Assembly: GCA_947475545.1 (NCBI GenBank)
Contig: CANJLL010000001.1
Span: forward strand, 618,157-682,156
Direction of reading: 5' to 3'
Length of the DNA stretch: 64,000 nt
DNA from: Chloroflexota bacterium
Lineage (GTDB): Bacteria > Chloroflexota > Limnocylindria > Limnocylindrales > CSP1-4
Each line of letters begins with the position of its first letter. Positions within the stretch are counted from its first letter, which is position 1. This document shows positions 28,250 through 38,020 of the stretch, piece after piece. A model generated the notes under the pieces. The model had not been told where the DNA came from. It made no database searches and saw nothing but the letters and a program-made list of their open reading frames with translations. The position numbers and the translations under genes are program-made.

Positions 28250-29458
28250 TCAGCGGCGCAGGAAGGCCGGTCGTGATACCGCAGATCGCTCGGGGGCGGC
28301 GATTGCCGGGCCCGGCTGTGCCTGCTGGAACTCCTTGATGAATTCGTGGATCGACCGGCCCAGGGCGGAGTCCGATTTGGAGACCTGGAATGGCGCGCCG
28401 GAGTTGAGCGCGCTCATGGCCGTCCGGAAGTCATTCACGATCCGATAGTCGACCGGGCGCTTCAGCGCACCTTCGACGCTCTTCACGTTGATGCCGGTCA
28501 CCGCGGTCGATCGGTTGAGGACGAGCTTGACCTTGTTGCCGTCGACGCCGAGGTGCCCCAGGGTCTGAAGGACCAGGCGAACGTTCTTCAGACACGAGAG
28601 GTCCGCAGTGATGACCACGAAGACGGAGTCCGCGACCTCCATGAGGCCGAGTGTCATGTCATCAAGGCGCTGGTTCACGTCCACGACGACATAGTCGTAC
28701 ATCGTCCGGAGCTGCCCGACGATCGCCGCCATCTTCTCGGGCCGGACCAGGTCCGCCGACTCGGGCGACGGCGGAGCGAGCAGCAGCTCGACACCGGTCT
28801 CGTGCTTCACCAGGACGCGCCTGACGATCTCCGCGTCCACCGTGGGGGCGCTGGCGATCTCTGCGACGCTCTTGAGGTCCTGGCCCAGGTCCAGGAAGAC
28901 CCGGTGATCACCAAACTGGAGGTTGGCGTCGACCAGGCAGACCGACCGCCCCTCGCGCTGGAGTCCGATGGCCGAGTTGATCGCGATGGTCGTGGCCCCG
29001 ACGCCACCCTTGGAGCCGTAGAAGGCGAGCACACGGCCCATGGAGGCGCGGGCCACGGCGGTGGCGGGTGGCGAGTAGCTTGCCAGCAGGCTCCTGGCCC
29101 GGGCGAGAAGCTCGGCCGGGTGGAAGCTTGGGTCCGTGGGCTTGACCAGGTAGTCGTCCGCACCGGCGCGGAGCGCACGGATCTTCTGCTCGACGTCACG
29201 TTCGGCTGTCAGCATGATCACGGGGACGTGGCGCGTGCGCCCCTCCTCGGACCGGATGCGCGCCACGATCTGGTAGCCATCTGCGGTTGGCAACAGCACG
29301 TCGACAAGGACGAGCGCCGGCGACTCCATGGCCAGGAGACGAAGGCCGTCCAGGCCATCCGCAGCGGTCACCACCCGGTAGCCGGCCTGCTCGAGGATCT
29401 CACGAAGCAGGCGCTGCGCGACCGGATCGCCCTCGACGACGAGGATGCTGGCTGACAT
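28250..29458 (-). CDS. Response-regulator receiver domain fused to a ParA/MinD-family ATPase (CpaE/TadZ-like), copy 1.
   Basis: REC domain with intact D/T/K residues (LVLVDVLLP; IMLTAE; YLVKP), followed by a deviant Walker A, FYGSKGGVGATTIAINSA. Confidence 0.75.
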   Translation of the reverse strand: MSASILVVEGDPVAQRLLREILEQAGYRVVTAADGLDGLRLLAMESPALVLVDVLLPTADGYQIVARIRSEEGRTRHVPVIMLTAERDVEQKIRALRAGADDYLVKPTDPSFHPAELLARARSLLASYSPPATAVARASMGRVLAFYGSKGGVGATTIAINSAIGLQREGRSVCLVDANLQFGDHRVFLDLGQDLKSVAEIASAPTVDAEIVRRVLVKHETGVELLLAPPSPESADLVRPEKMAAIVGQLRTMYDYVVVDVNQRLDDMTLGLMEVADSVFVVITADLSCLKNVRLVLQTLGHLGVDGNKVKLVLNRSTAVTGINVKSVEGALKRPVDYRIVNDFRTAMSALNSGAPFQVSKSDSALGRSIHEFIKEFQQAQPGPAIAAPERSAVSRPAFLRR

Positions 29459-29461
29459 CGG

Positions 29462-30541
29462 CTAGGTAGGCTCCTGGTGCGGCTCGCCCGAGGGTCCATC
29501 GGCCGCCGGGCGCGGCTGTTCGCGGAGTATACCCGCAGCATCCCGCGACTCGGCCAGCGCCATCCGGACGAACTCCGTGACGGCGCTCTCGTAGCCGACG
29601 GGATCCGTGCGGTGCGCCAGGCCGTGATCCGCGCCGGGCACCACGAGGCGGCGGTGCGACGGCCCGGCGGCGGCAGCGAGGCGGTCGGCGGCCGCCAGCG
29701 GCACCGTCTGATCGTCGGTGCCAGCGATCAGCAGCAGGGGCACGGGCTCCACCAGCCCCACCACGCGGATCGGCTCCGTCGCGCGGGGGTCAGCGCCCAG
29801 GCGCGACGCCATACCGGCAAAGAGTCGCGCCGCAACCAGCCGCGGCCAGGGGGCGTGGATCCGATTGGCCACGGCCGTGACCAGGTCCGGAGCCACAGAA
29901 TCGGCAACGACCGCGACGATCCTTGGACGCGCCGCCAACGCGCTGGGCACCGGGGCATCCGGGTCGATATCTGCGGCCGCCAGGGCGCCATCGCCCAGCA
30001 CGGCTACCGCGGCGATTGCCGTGATCCCGCCCATCGACGAACCCATGAGCACGACCCGGCGGATCCCGCGCTCGCCCAGCCATGTGAGCGCGCCGGCCAC
30101 ATCCTCGACCTCGCGCCATCCGAACGTGGTCGGTGCATCGTCGGAGTCGCCATGCCCACCGAAATCGAGGCCCAGGATGGCCGCGCTGCGGCGCAGGAAC
30201 GGGGCGTACTCGACCATGTCTGGGGTGATGGACCCGTTCCAGCCGTGCAGGAGCAGGATGGCCTCGTGTGCATCAATCGGCCATGCGACCCCGTCATCCG
30301 GGGCTGCGGACAGCCAGCGGGCGGCCAGCCGGGTGCCGTCCCGCGAGCGGAGTCGGACAACCTCCCCGCCCAGGGCGTCCAGTGCGGACACGAGCCCTGC
30401 CTCTTCGGCCAGCCGGCGGGGCGGGGACATCAGCCGGTTCGCCCCGCGGCGGACCAGGAACCCAAACGAGGCGAACGGCAGGACCGTCGCGGCGACAGCG
30501 GCCGCGACGCGGACGGGGCCGGGCCGGCGCCGGGCCCTCAA
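29462..30541 (-). CDS. Alpha/beta-hydrolase fold protein.
   Basis: HGWNGS oxyanion region, nucleophile elbow GSSMGG, and a catalytic Asp/His region. ATGA overlap with the SPFH gene. Confidence 0.7.
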   Translation of the reverse strand: MRARRRPGPVRVAAAVAATVLPFASFGFLVRRGANRLMSPPRRLAEEAGLVSALDALGGEVVRLRSRDGTRLAARWLSAAPDDGVAWPIDAHEAILLLHGWNGSITPDMVEYAPFLRRSAAILGLDFGGHGDSDDAPTTFGWREVEDVAGALTWLGERGIRRVVLMGSSMGGITAIAAVAVLGDGALAAADIDPDAPVPSALAARPRIVAVVADSVAPDLVTAVANRIHAPWPRLVAARLFAGMASRLGADPRATEPIRVVGLVEPVPLLLIAGTDDQTVPLAAADRLAAAAGPSHRRLVVPGADHGLAHRTDPVGYESAVTEFVRMALAESRDAAGILREQPRPAADGPSGEPHQEPT

Positions 30542-31443
30542 CGCTTGCCCACGTCGGAGCCACGATCCGCGGCCATGCCACGCTCGAGGAACCCGTTGAA
30601 CGGCTCGAGCAGCCGGGTGAACTCGGTGGGGATGACGAACTTGGTCGACGGGCTCGAGCCGAGCGCCTTGAGGGCCTCCAGGTACTGGAGCGCCATCGTC
30701 TTGGCGTCGATGCCGCTGGCCGCGCCGTAGATGCGGGTGAGCGCCTCGCTGAAGCCTTCGGCCCGCAGGATGGCCGCCTGGCGATCACCCTCGGCCTTGA
30801 GGATCTCCGACTGCTTCTGGCCCTCCGCGACGTTGATGGCGGCCTGGCGGGTGCCCTCGGACTCCGTGATCACGGCACGTCGGGTCCGCTCCGCCGATAG
30901 CTGCCGGTTCATGGCGTCCTGGACGTCGCGCGGCGGCGTGATCTCGCGGATCTCGACGGTGGTGACCTTGCCGCCCCAGCGCTCCGTCACCTCGTCGAGC
31001 TTGACGCGCAGGACCTCGTTGATCTGCTCGCGCTTGGACAGGACCTCGTCGAGCAGGATGTCGCCGATGACGGCGCGCAGCGTGGTGGTGGCCACGCCCT
31101 GCAGGGCGCCCGCGAAGTTCGTGACATTGATCACGCTCCGGAGCGGGTCGCTGATTCGCCAGTAGATCAGGAAGTCGACGTTGATCGGGGCGTTGTCTCT
31201 CGTGATCGTGGTCTGGCTGGGAACCTCGATGAACTGCTCGCGGATGTCGACGATCTTGCCGGACCAGATTACCGGGACCAGGAACTGCAGGCCTGGGCCA
31301 CGGACCCATTCCTCGCGGGCCTGTCCCAGCCGGTAGACCACCATGACGTAGCCCTGCCGGACCACCCGCACGGACATGTACAGGATGGTGAGCACGACCA
31401 CCACGAGGAAGGCGACGATCGGCAGGATGACCAGGGTATCCAT
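30538..31443 (-). CDS. SPFH/band-7 (stomatin-like) membrane protein.
   Basis: An N-terminal TM helix followed by the SPFH domain (RVVRQGYVMVVYRLGQ...TRDNAPINVDFLIYWRISDP...) and a coiled-coil tail. Confidence 0.85.
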   Translation of the reverse strand: MDTLVILPIVAFLVVVVLTILYMSVRVVRQGYVMVVYRLGQAREEWVRGPGLQFLVPVIWSGKIVDIREQFIEVPSQTTITRDNAPINVDFLIYWRISDPLRSVINVTNFAGALQGVATTTLRAVIGDILLDEVLSKREQINEVLRVKLDEVTERWGGKVTTVEIREITPPRDVQDAMNRQLSAERTRRAVITESEGTRQAAINVAEGQKQSEILKAEGDRQAAILRAEGFSEALTRIYGAASGIDAKTMALQYLEALKALGSSPSTKFVIPTEFTRLLEPFNGFLERGMAADRGSDVGKR

Positions 31444-31475
31444 GAATCCTCCGAAGGCTGGCGGGATGGCCGGCG

Positions 31476-32822
31476 TCAGGACGCCGGATCGACTGGTGTG
31501 ACGATCAGGGTAAGCCCCTCGGTGCCAACGACGCGCACGGCGGCACCGCGCTCGACCGGGCGGCCGTCACTGGAGCGGGCGGTCCATTCCTCGCCGCCGA
31601 CATGGACTGAGCCCACGGGCGCGAGCGGGCGGCGAACGATGCCGGTGCTCCCGGCGGCGAGCGGGCTGCCCACGATGCCGGGCCCGCCCGGGTAGGCGCG
31701 GCGTGAGCGCGCCGCCGCCACGACGATCAGGACCATGAACGCGACGGTCGTCGCGGTCGTCACCAGCAGCAGCGCAGGCGCGACGCGGGCCACGGGCTCG
31801 AACGGATCGACGGGACCCGTGTACAGCGCGGAGGTGCCCAGGGCGAAGCAGATCGCGCCACCGATGGCGAGCAGGCCGTGGCTGGTGATCGCGGCCTCCA
31901 GCACGAAGAGCAACAACGCGACGCCGATCAGGGCCAGGCCGGCGATGTTGAGGGGCAGGCTGCCGAACCCGGTGAAGGCGAGGATCAGGGCGATCCCCCC
32001 AAGGACCCCGGTCACGAAGTTGGCGGTGTGGAACTCGAACAGGAGCCCGTAGGCCCCCAGCAGCAACAGGATGAAGGCGATATCCGGGTCCGACAGCAGG
32101 TGCAGCAGGCCGACGAATGGATTCATCCCGGCCTCGCGGACGTCGGCGCCGGCAAGGTCCAGGGTGACCGGGGCCCCGGCGACGGTGACCGTGCGTCCGG
32201 CTGCCTTGGCGAGCACCTCCTCGAGGGTGCTCGCGAGCCCATCCACGACCTTGAGGCCTACGGCCTCCGCGGCCGACGACGACCGGGCATCGCGGACGGC
32301 CTGGACGGCCCATTCCACGTTGCGGCCGCGCGTCTCGGCGATCGAGGTGATCTTGGCGATCGCGTCGTTCTTCACCTTCGCGCCGAGGGTGCCGCCGATG
32401 TCCTCCCCCCCGCTGCCGACCGGCGAGGCGGCGCCGATGCTGGTCCCCGGCGCCATGAACGCGACGTTGGCCGCGAGCGTGATGAACGTGCCCGCACTGG
32501 CCGCCCGCCCGCCGGCGGGCGCCACCCAGACGATGACCGGGATGGGCGCATCGAGGATGGCGCCCACGATCCGCTGGGTCGCGTCGAGGCTCCCGCCAGG
32601 CGTGTCCAGCTTGATGATCACCGCGGAGGCGCCGTCAGCGGCGCCGGAGGCGATGCCGCCCTGCAGGTAGCCAGCCATCACGTCGTCGACCACGCCCGTG
32701 GTGGGCAGCAGCACGACATGGCGCCCCCCGGCAGCCACGCCGGCGACGGCGAGAAGCCAGGCGACGGCCACGACGGCGAGCGCCAGGCGAGTCCGCGACA
32801 CGGTGCGATGGAGTGTGGTCAT
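31476..32822 (-). CDS. NfeD-family membrane-bound ClpP-class serine protease, the stomatin operon partner.
   Basis: Periplasmic ClpP-like domain (IIKLDTPGGSLDATQRIV...APAGGRAASAGTFI), TM helices, and a C-terminal OB-fold. Sits immediately upstream of the SPFH gene. Confidence 0.85.
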   Translation of the reverse strand: MTTLHRTVSRTRLALAVVAVAWLLAVAGVAAGGRHVVLLPTTGVVDDVMAGYLQGGIASGAADGASAVIIKLDTPGGSLDATQRIVGAILDAPIPVIVWVAPAGGRAASAGTFITLAANVAFMAPGTSIGAASPVGSGGEDIGGTLGAKVKNDAIAKITSIAETRGRNVEWAVQAVRDARSSSAAEAVGLKVVDGLASTLEEVLAKAAGRTVTVAGAPVTLDLAGADVREAGMNPFVGLLHLLSDPDIAFILLLLGAYGLLFEFHTANFVTGVLGGIALILAFTGFGSLPLNIAGLALIGVALLLFVLEAAITSHGLLAIGGAICFALGTSALYTGPVDPFEPVARVAPALLLVTTATTVAFMVLIVVAAARSRRAYPGGPGIVGSPLAAGSTGIVRRPLAPVGSVHVGGEEWTARSSDGRPVERGAAVRVVGTEGLTLIVTPVDPAS

Positions 32823-32873
32823 GCGTCTCGAGGTCAGTATCGCACCGCACGCCAGCGGTCCGGCAAGCGACGT

Positions 32874-33461
32874 CTAGCGGCCGGCCCCGCTCGAGAGGTG
32901 CTCGAACACCAGGCGGCTCCACGATTCCAGCCGGTCGGCAACCGCGGCCACATCGGAGGGCGCAACAAACCGGCCCTCGAGCTTGTCGATCTCCCGGATG
33001 GCAGCGGCGCGTCCCGCAGCATCTCCAGAGAAGACCATGCCGACATGGACTCGGCCCACATCGGTCTCGTCGTCGTTGAGGAGGCCGACGAAGCGCAAGT
33101 CCGGGACAAAGTCGGCGTCGATCTCCTCCGCCCACTCGCGAGCCAGGCCCTCCAGCGGACCGCCGTCCTCCGGGTTGAGGTGGCCACCGATGCCGATGGA
33201 GTAGCTGTCATGGAGGCGGCGGTCGCCGCCCGCGCGGGTGCGGCGCATGAGGAAGTACCGCTCGCCATCGTGCAGGACCAGGTACGGGATCACCTGCTTG
33301 AAGTCGGGATCGCGCTCCATGTCGCCTCGCCGGCGATGGGACCCCTGGGCGGCCACGGCGGCCAGGAACGACTCCAGTTTGCCAGGCCGGATCCCCCGCC
33401 AACCGGCGTCCCCGACGACAGCCGCCCGCGGGACCACCAGCACCAGCTCGTCGTCGCTCAC
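32874..33461 (-). CDS. Nudix hydrolase.
   Basis: Nudix box GGHLNPEDGGPLEGLAREWAEEIDA (the GX5EX7REUXEEXGU pattern). Confidence 0.65.
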   Translation of the reverse strand: MSDDELVLVVPRAAVVGDAGWRGIRPGKLESFLAAVAAQGSHRRRGDMERDPDFKQVIPYLVLHDGERYFLMRRTRAGGDRRLHDSYSIGIGGHLNPEDGGPLEGLAREWAEEIDADFVPDLRFVGLLNDDETDVGRVHVGMVFSGDAAGRAAAIREIDKLEGRFVAPSDVAAVADRLESWSRLVFEHLSSGAGR

Positions 33462-34369
33462 CCGCCCCGTCCGTCCGGGCCGTCGCCGACCGGCGCCTCC
33501 AGGCGGGCCTTTGCGGCCGTGAAGCGTGCCTCGAGGCGGGCAGCATCGGGCCCACCCTCACGCTCCAGCTCGGCGAGCCAATCGTCCAGGGCGTCGCGGT
33601 AGGCGCGCAGTCGCGTGACCAGCGCGGCCCCATTCGTCGCCACGATCCCGGCACCCATCGCCGCGTCCCCGCGGGCCAGGCGCGTCATGCTCGTCCAGCC
33701 ACCCGCCGCCAGCTCGACTGCCAGGTCCCAGCCGGGCACCTCCCCGTGCGGCGTCCCCGCGACGGCCTCGACCAGCGCCGCCGAGGCGATGAGCGGCAGG
33801 TGGCTGATCCCGGCTGTCGCGACGTCATGCTGGGCGGCGCCGAGGCGCATCGGCCGCGCCCGGCAGGCCCAGGCCAGCGCCTCCACGCGGGCGAGATCCG
33901 AGGCTTCAGTCCCGTGGGCGGGCACCACGATCCAGGGCCGGTCAACGAACAGGTCCGCGGTCGCCGCCGGGTAACCCGCCTGCTCTCGGCCCGCCATCGG
34001 GTGGCCGCCCACGAACCGGAGTCCGGCCCGCTCGGCCACGGCCACGATCAGCGACTTGGTGCTGGCCACGTCGGTGACCACGGCCGCGGGGTGGAGGGCG
34101 TCCCGGAGGGGGCCGGCCAACTCCTCGATCTGGGCCGGGACCAGGTGCGGCGGCGCGCCCAGCACCACGAGTTCTGCGCCCGCCAGCGCCTCGCGCGCGG
34201 TGCCCGCCGCGTGGTCGATCACCCCGTCCACGGATGCCCGCGCCGGCCCCCGTCCGCTGGGTGACCACGCCACCAGCCGGGCGCGCGACCACGCCGGGTC
34301 CGCGGAGGCACGCAGGGCGCGCGCAACCGAGCCGGAGATCAGGCCAAAGCCAAGGAAGGCGATCCGCAT
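33458..34369 (-). CDS. tyrA: Prephenate dehydrogenase. The start is trimmed to MRIAFLGFG.
   Basis: N-terminal NAD-binding loop IAFLGFGLISGS and the TyrA catalytic His region (GGHPMAGRE). Confidence 0.8.
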   Translation of the reverse strand: MRIAFLGFGLISGSVARALRASADPAWSRARLVAWSPSGRGPARASVDGVIDHAAGTAREALAGAELVVLGAPPHLVPAQIEELAGPLRDALHPAAVVTDVASTKSLIVAVAERAGLRFVGGHPMAGREQAGYPAATADLFVDRPWIVVPAHGTEASDLARVEALAWACRARPMRLGAAQHDVATAGISHLPLIASAALVEAVAGTPHGEVPGWDLAVELAAGGWTSMTRLARGDAAMGAGIVATNGAALVTRLRAYRDALDDWLAELEREGGPDAARLEARFTAAKARLEAPVGDGPDGRGG

Positions 34370-34517
34370 CGCCCGATTATCGGGGCGCAGTGCAAGTGGC
34401 GCCATCCCCATGGAGACCCGGCTCGCGGCAGCCCCGGTCAACGCGGATGTGCCGGTCAGGCCGGCGCAGGTCGATCGGGCGCGCCGTTGGTCCGACGCGC
34501 CCGTGGCTCCCGCGACG

Positions 34518-35723
34518 CTAGATCTTCGGCAGCGCCGCCAGGGCTTCCTTGACCTTCTCGGCAGGGAAGGCAAAGTCCTGCATCTTGCCTTCGAGATAGC
34601 TGCCGTAGGCGGCCAGATCGAAGTGCCCGTGCCCGGACAGGCTGAACAGGATGACGCGCGCCTCGCCGGCCTCCTTGGCCTCCAGCGCCTCGTCGATCGC
34701 CGCGCGGATCGCGTGGGTCGATTCCGGCGCCGGGAGGATGCCCTCGGTCCGGGCGAACTGGATGCCGGCCTCCAACGCGGCGGTCTGGTGGACGCTCCGC
34801 GCCTCGATGTAGCCGTTCTCCTTGAGGAGGCTGACCTGTGGCGCCATGCCGTGGTAGCGCAGCCCGCCCGCGTGGATGGGCTCCGGGATGAAGCCGCTGC
34901 CCAGGGTATGCATCTTCACCAGCGGGGTCATCATGCCGGTGTCGCCAAAGTCGTAGGCGTACACGCCGCGGGTCAGGCTGGGCGCCGCCTCCGGCTCAAC
35001 CGCCACGATCCGGTGCTTGGCGCCCTGGGTCAGGTTACGCCCCACGAGCGGGAACGCGATCCCGGCGAAGTTGGACCCACCGCCCGCGCACGCGATGACG
35101 ACGTCCGGCGACTCGCCGGCCATCCCCATCTGCTCGATGGCCTCCTGGCCAATGATCGCCTGGTGCAGGAGCACGTGGTTCAGGACGGAACCCAGCGCGT
35201 ACTTGGTGTCATCGCGCGTCGCCGCGTCCTCGACCGCCTCGCTGATCGCCATGCCCAGCGAGCCCGGGCTGTCCGGGGTCTCGGACAGCACCTTGCGGCC
35301 GTAGTTGGTGGTGGGCGACGGGCTGGCAACGATGGACGCGCCGTAGGTCTCCATGAGCAGTCGCCGGTACGGCTTCTGGTCGTAGCTGGCCCGCACCATG
35401 TAGACCTTGACCTCGAGCCCGAAGAGGGCGCCGGCAAAGGCCAGACTGCTCCCCCACTGGCCCGCCCCGGTCTCCGTGGCGAGCCTCGTCACGCCCTCCT
35501 GCTGGTTGTAATAGGCCTGCGGGATGGCCGTGTTGGGCTTGTGACTGCCGGCCGGGCTGCCACCCTCGTACTTGTAGTAGATGTGGGCCGGCGTGCCCAG
35601 CGCCTGCTCCAGGCGGTGCGCCCTGTACAGCGGGCTGGGCCGGAAGAGCGTGTACGCGTCGCGGACCCGCTCAGGGATCTCGATGTTCCGCTCGGCGGAA
35701 AGCTCCTGCATGATCAGGGCCAT
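34518..35723 (-). CDS. trpB: Tryptophan synthase beta-like PLP enzyme of the TrpB2 type. The true start may be upstream at a non-ATG codon.
   Basis: TrpB2 signature [27 protein letters not shown] with the PLP-binding Lys in GSHK. Confidence 0.85.
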   Translation of the reverse strand: MALIMQELSAERNIEIPERVRDAYTLFRPSPLYRAHRLEQALGTPAHIYYKYEGGSPAGSHKPNTAIPQAYYNQQEGVTRLATETGAGQWGSSLAFAGALFGLEVKVYMVRASYDQKPYRRLLMETYGASIVASPSPTTNYGRKVLSETPDSPGSLGMAISEAVEDAATRDDTKYALGSVLNHVLLHQAIIGQEAIEQMGMAGESPDVVIACAGGGSNFAGIAFPLVGRNLTQGAKHRIVAVEPEAAPSLTRGVYAYDFGDTGMMTPLVKMHTLGSGFIPEPIHAGGLRYHGMAPQVSLLKENGYIEARSVHQTAALEAGIQFARTEGILPAPESTHAIRAAIDEALEAKEAGEARVILFSLSGHGHFDLAAYGSYLEGKMQDFAFPAEKVKEALAALPKI

Positions 35724-35876
35724 CGGGAAGAGCGGCGCGAGGTCGGCCGGGCCGATTGGCTGGTGCGTCCCGGGGTGGAGAGGGGCCGAAGTGCAGGTGG
35801 ACGCCGCCCGGCAGGGCCGGGTGAGGAGTCAGCCGACCGGGCGGGCGAGGACTGTGCAGGGCTTCCACGCGGGCGG

Positions 35877-36466
35877 TCAGCCGCGGAGGCGGGCCTCGTG
35901 CAGCGGCACATAGCGAGCCGGGCCGCCACCCGTGTGGCTCTCGAAGAGGACCAGGCGGTCAACCTCGAACCAGACCTCGATCGCGCTGGCAGCCTCCACC
36001 AGCCGGCGCCCAACCCGGGGTGCCGATCTGACGCCATCGCTCCGGGCGAGCGTCAGGTGGGGGTTATAGGGGCGGTCATCGCCACTCCAGCCGGCAGCCT
36101 CAAGCTCGCGATTGGTTGCCGCGGCCAGCGCATGCAGCTGACCACCCGGGTCTGCGACGCCCATCCAGAGCGCGCGCGGCCGGTCCAGGTTCGGGAATGC
36201 CCCGGCGCCGCCGACGCCGAGCGAGAACGCGGGGATGCCCGCGGCCGCGCCCTCCACGACGTCGTGGAGGGCCTCGATGCGGTCGTCCAGGGTGGGACCC
36301 AGGAAGCGGATGGTGAGATGGAGGTCGTGCAGGTTCACCCACCGGACACGGTGGGGCTGGCGGCCCGGACCCGGAGACCCGTCGCCGGGACCTCCCTCGC
36401 CCTCCGCGACGCGGATGCGTCCGACGAGATCCTCCACCATCTCGCTGACGGTCGCCGCAACCGGGA
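35877..36466 (-). CDS. 2H-phosphoesterase of the LigT/ThpR type, an RNA 2',3'-cyclic phosphodiesterase. The start is uncertain, with no canonical ATG/GTG near the conserved LFIAVPV strand.
   Basis: Two H-x-T-x motifs (HLTIRFLG and PHLTLAR). The Arg-rich N-terminal 130 aa of the track ORF overlaps ppa and is rejected. Confidence 0.55.
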
Positions 36467-36559
36467 CGGCGATGAACAGGCGCCGGCCGGGCTCCAGGTC
36501 GGGTCGCCCATCACGGCCTCGGCGCAAGAAGGGCCGGGGTGTGCCTGTGCCGGACTCGG

Positions 36560-37162
36560 TCACTCTGCGTGGGTTCGCTTGGCCACGGGGGCCGCGGTCG
36601 CTCGGTTCTCCGAGCCGGTGGTGGGAGCGGCGCTTGCCGACCGTCCCTTGACCTCCAGCTCCCAGACCTTGCGGTCGGCGCTCAGGACCTCCAGGGCGCG
36701 GGGCTGACCCTTCCAGCCCAGGATGTCGACGGTCTTGTCTTCCAGCGCCTTGTAGGTGTCGAAGAAGTGCTCGATCTCGACCAGCCGGTGTGGTCGAACC
36801 TGGTCGAGCCGCTCGACGTGCGCCTGGTGGAGATCGTCGACGGCCACGCACAGGATCTTGAAGTCGGCACCCTTCTCGTCGCTCATCTCCAGCACGCCGA
36901 TGGGGCGCGCCCAGACGTGACAGCCAGGGAAGGTGGGTTCGTCGATCAGCAGGAGGGCATCCGTGTGATCGCCGTCGTCCGCTCGGGTGCCCTCGATGAA
37001 GCCGTAGTCAAAGTTGTAGTGGACGGCCGAGGCAAGGACCCGGTCCAGCCGGAAGACGCCGGCCTCTTCGTCGTACTCGTACTTGTTGCGGCTGCCCCGA
37101 GGAATCTCGACGACGACCTCGATGATGTCGGGAAAGTGCTCCGCGTGCCTGGTCATGCGCAA
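36560..37162 (-). CDS. ppa: Inorganic pyrophosphatase (family I).
   Basis: IEVVVEIPRGSRNKYEYDEEAGVFRLDRVL...NFDYGFIEGT...DGDHTDAL is a near-consensus family I PPase. Confidence 0.9.
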   Translation of the reverse strand: MRMTRHAEHFPDIIEVVVEIPRGSRNKYEYDEEAGVFRLDRVLASAVHYNFDYGFIEGTRADDGDHTDALLLIDEPTFPGCHVWARPIGVLEMSDEKGADFKILCVAVDDLHQAHVERLDQVRPHRLVEIEHFFDTYKALEDKTVDILGWKGQPRALEVLSADRKVWELEVKGRSASAAPTTGSENRATAAPVAKRTHAE

Positions 37163-37983
37163 ACCTTACCCCCGACCGGCTCGCGCCGTCCCGACTGGTC
37201 GCGCGAGGGCGGCGTTGCGCCGTCCCGCGGGCGACGCAGACAATCAAACCCGCTGCCGCGCACACGAAAACGCCCGAAGGAACTGCTGGGAGCGGAGCTC
37301 GGAGCGGAGCGCGGCGGGCCTTGATGTGATCGCTGCCTGCCTCGTCCGGTCCGGCGCCAACCCGGCCAGAGCGGTGAAGCTCAGTCCTGGTCAACGGCGG
37401 CGCTGCCGGGATCACTCCCAACCTCGCCTGACCGATCCAACGGCCCCTTCGGGCAAGACGAAATGTATGCGCGGGCGGCGGGCGGCACAACGGACTTGTC
37501 CACGAGATTCGCGCCGGACGAGGTTGGGTTCTCCACCAACTTCGGCCGGCTGTGGACGACAAGTGGATAGCTGGGTCCGGCCTTCGGCGGGTCAGTATCG
37601 ATGGGCGGGCCGCACAGACGCCGAGACGCCAGGATGCCCACCCGCCACCGGCCGCCCGTCACCGGACTCCCACCCGGATGGCGTTCGACGACAGGCGACG
37701 GTTTGGCAGGCCGCCCGGGACCCCGTCGGGCGGCGAATCGCCACCGGATGTCCACCACCTTGGAATCTGGGTCCGACCACGTCGCGACGACCCGCCGGGG
37801 GGGGCCGCCGACCGCGGAGACGCACCCAACGCCATCACCCTGGGAATCCGGCGAAACTGCTGCTCTCCGACGAGGGCGTGCGAGGCGCCAACGCGATCAT
37901 CGGCCGAGTGCCCTTGCCGGCACGCTCCCGCGCGACCGCGGTCGGACGTGCGTCGACAAGCACGCTGGCCCCCGACGCCCCCG

Positions 37984-38020
37984 GCCGCGGCTCAGTCGTT
38001 CCTGCCGCGGCTCAGTCGTT
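37984..38020. repeat. Tandem direct duplication of GCCGCGGCTCAGTCGTT (2 × 17 nt with a 3-nt spacer). It spans the stop codon of the 38012..39091 gene.
   Basis: Copies at 37984..38000 and 38004..38020 are identical. Each contains the 8-bp palindrome GCCGCGGC. Confidence 0.6.

Noticed and set aside
37163-38011. Looked for tmRNA (GGACGGGGGTTCGAATCC...CCA), RNase P (AGGAAAGTCCGGGC) and SRP RNA motifs in the gap.
   Set aside because: No convincing match by eye on either strand. A covariance-model search is still needed, and the region is kept as a finding.
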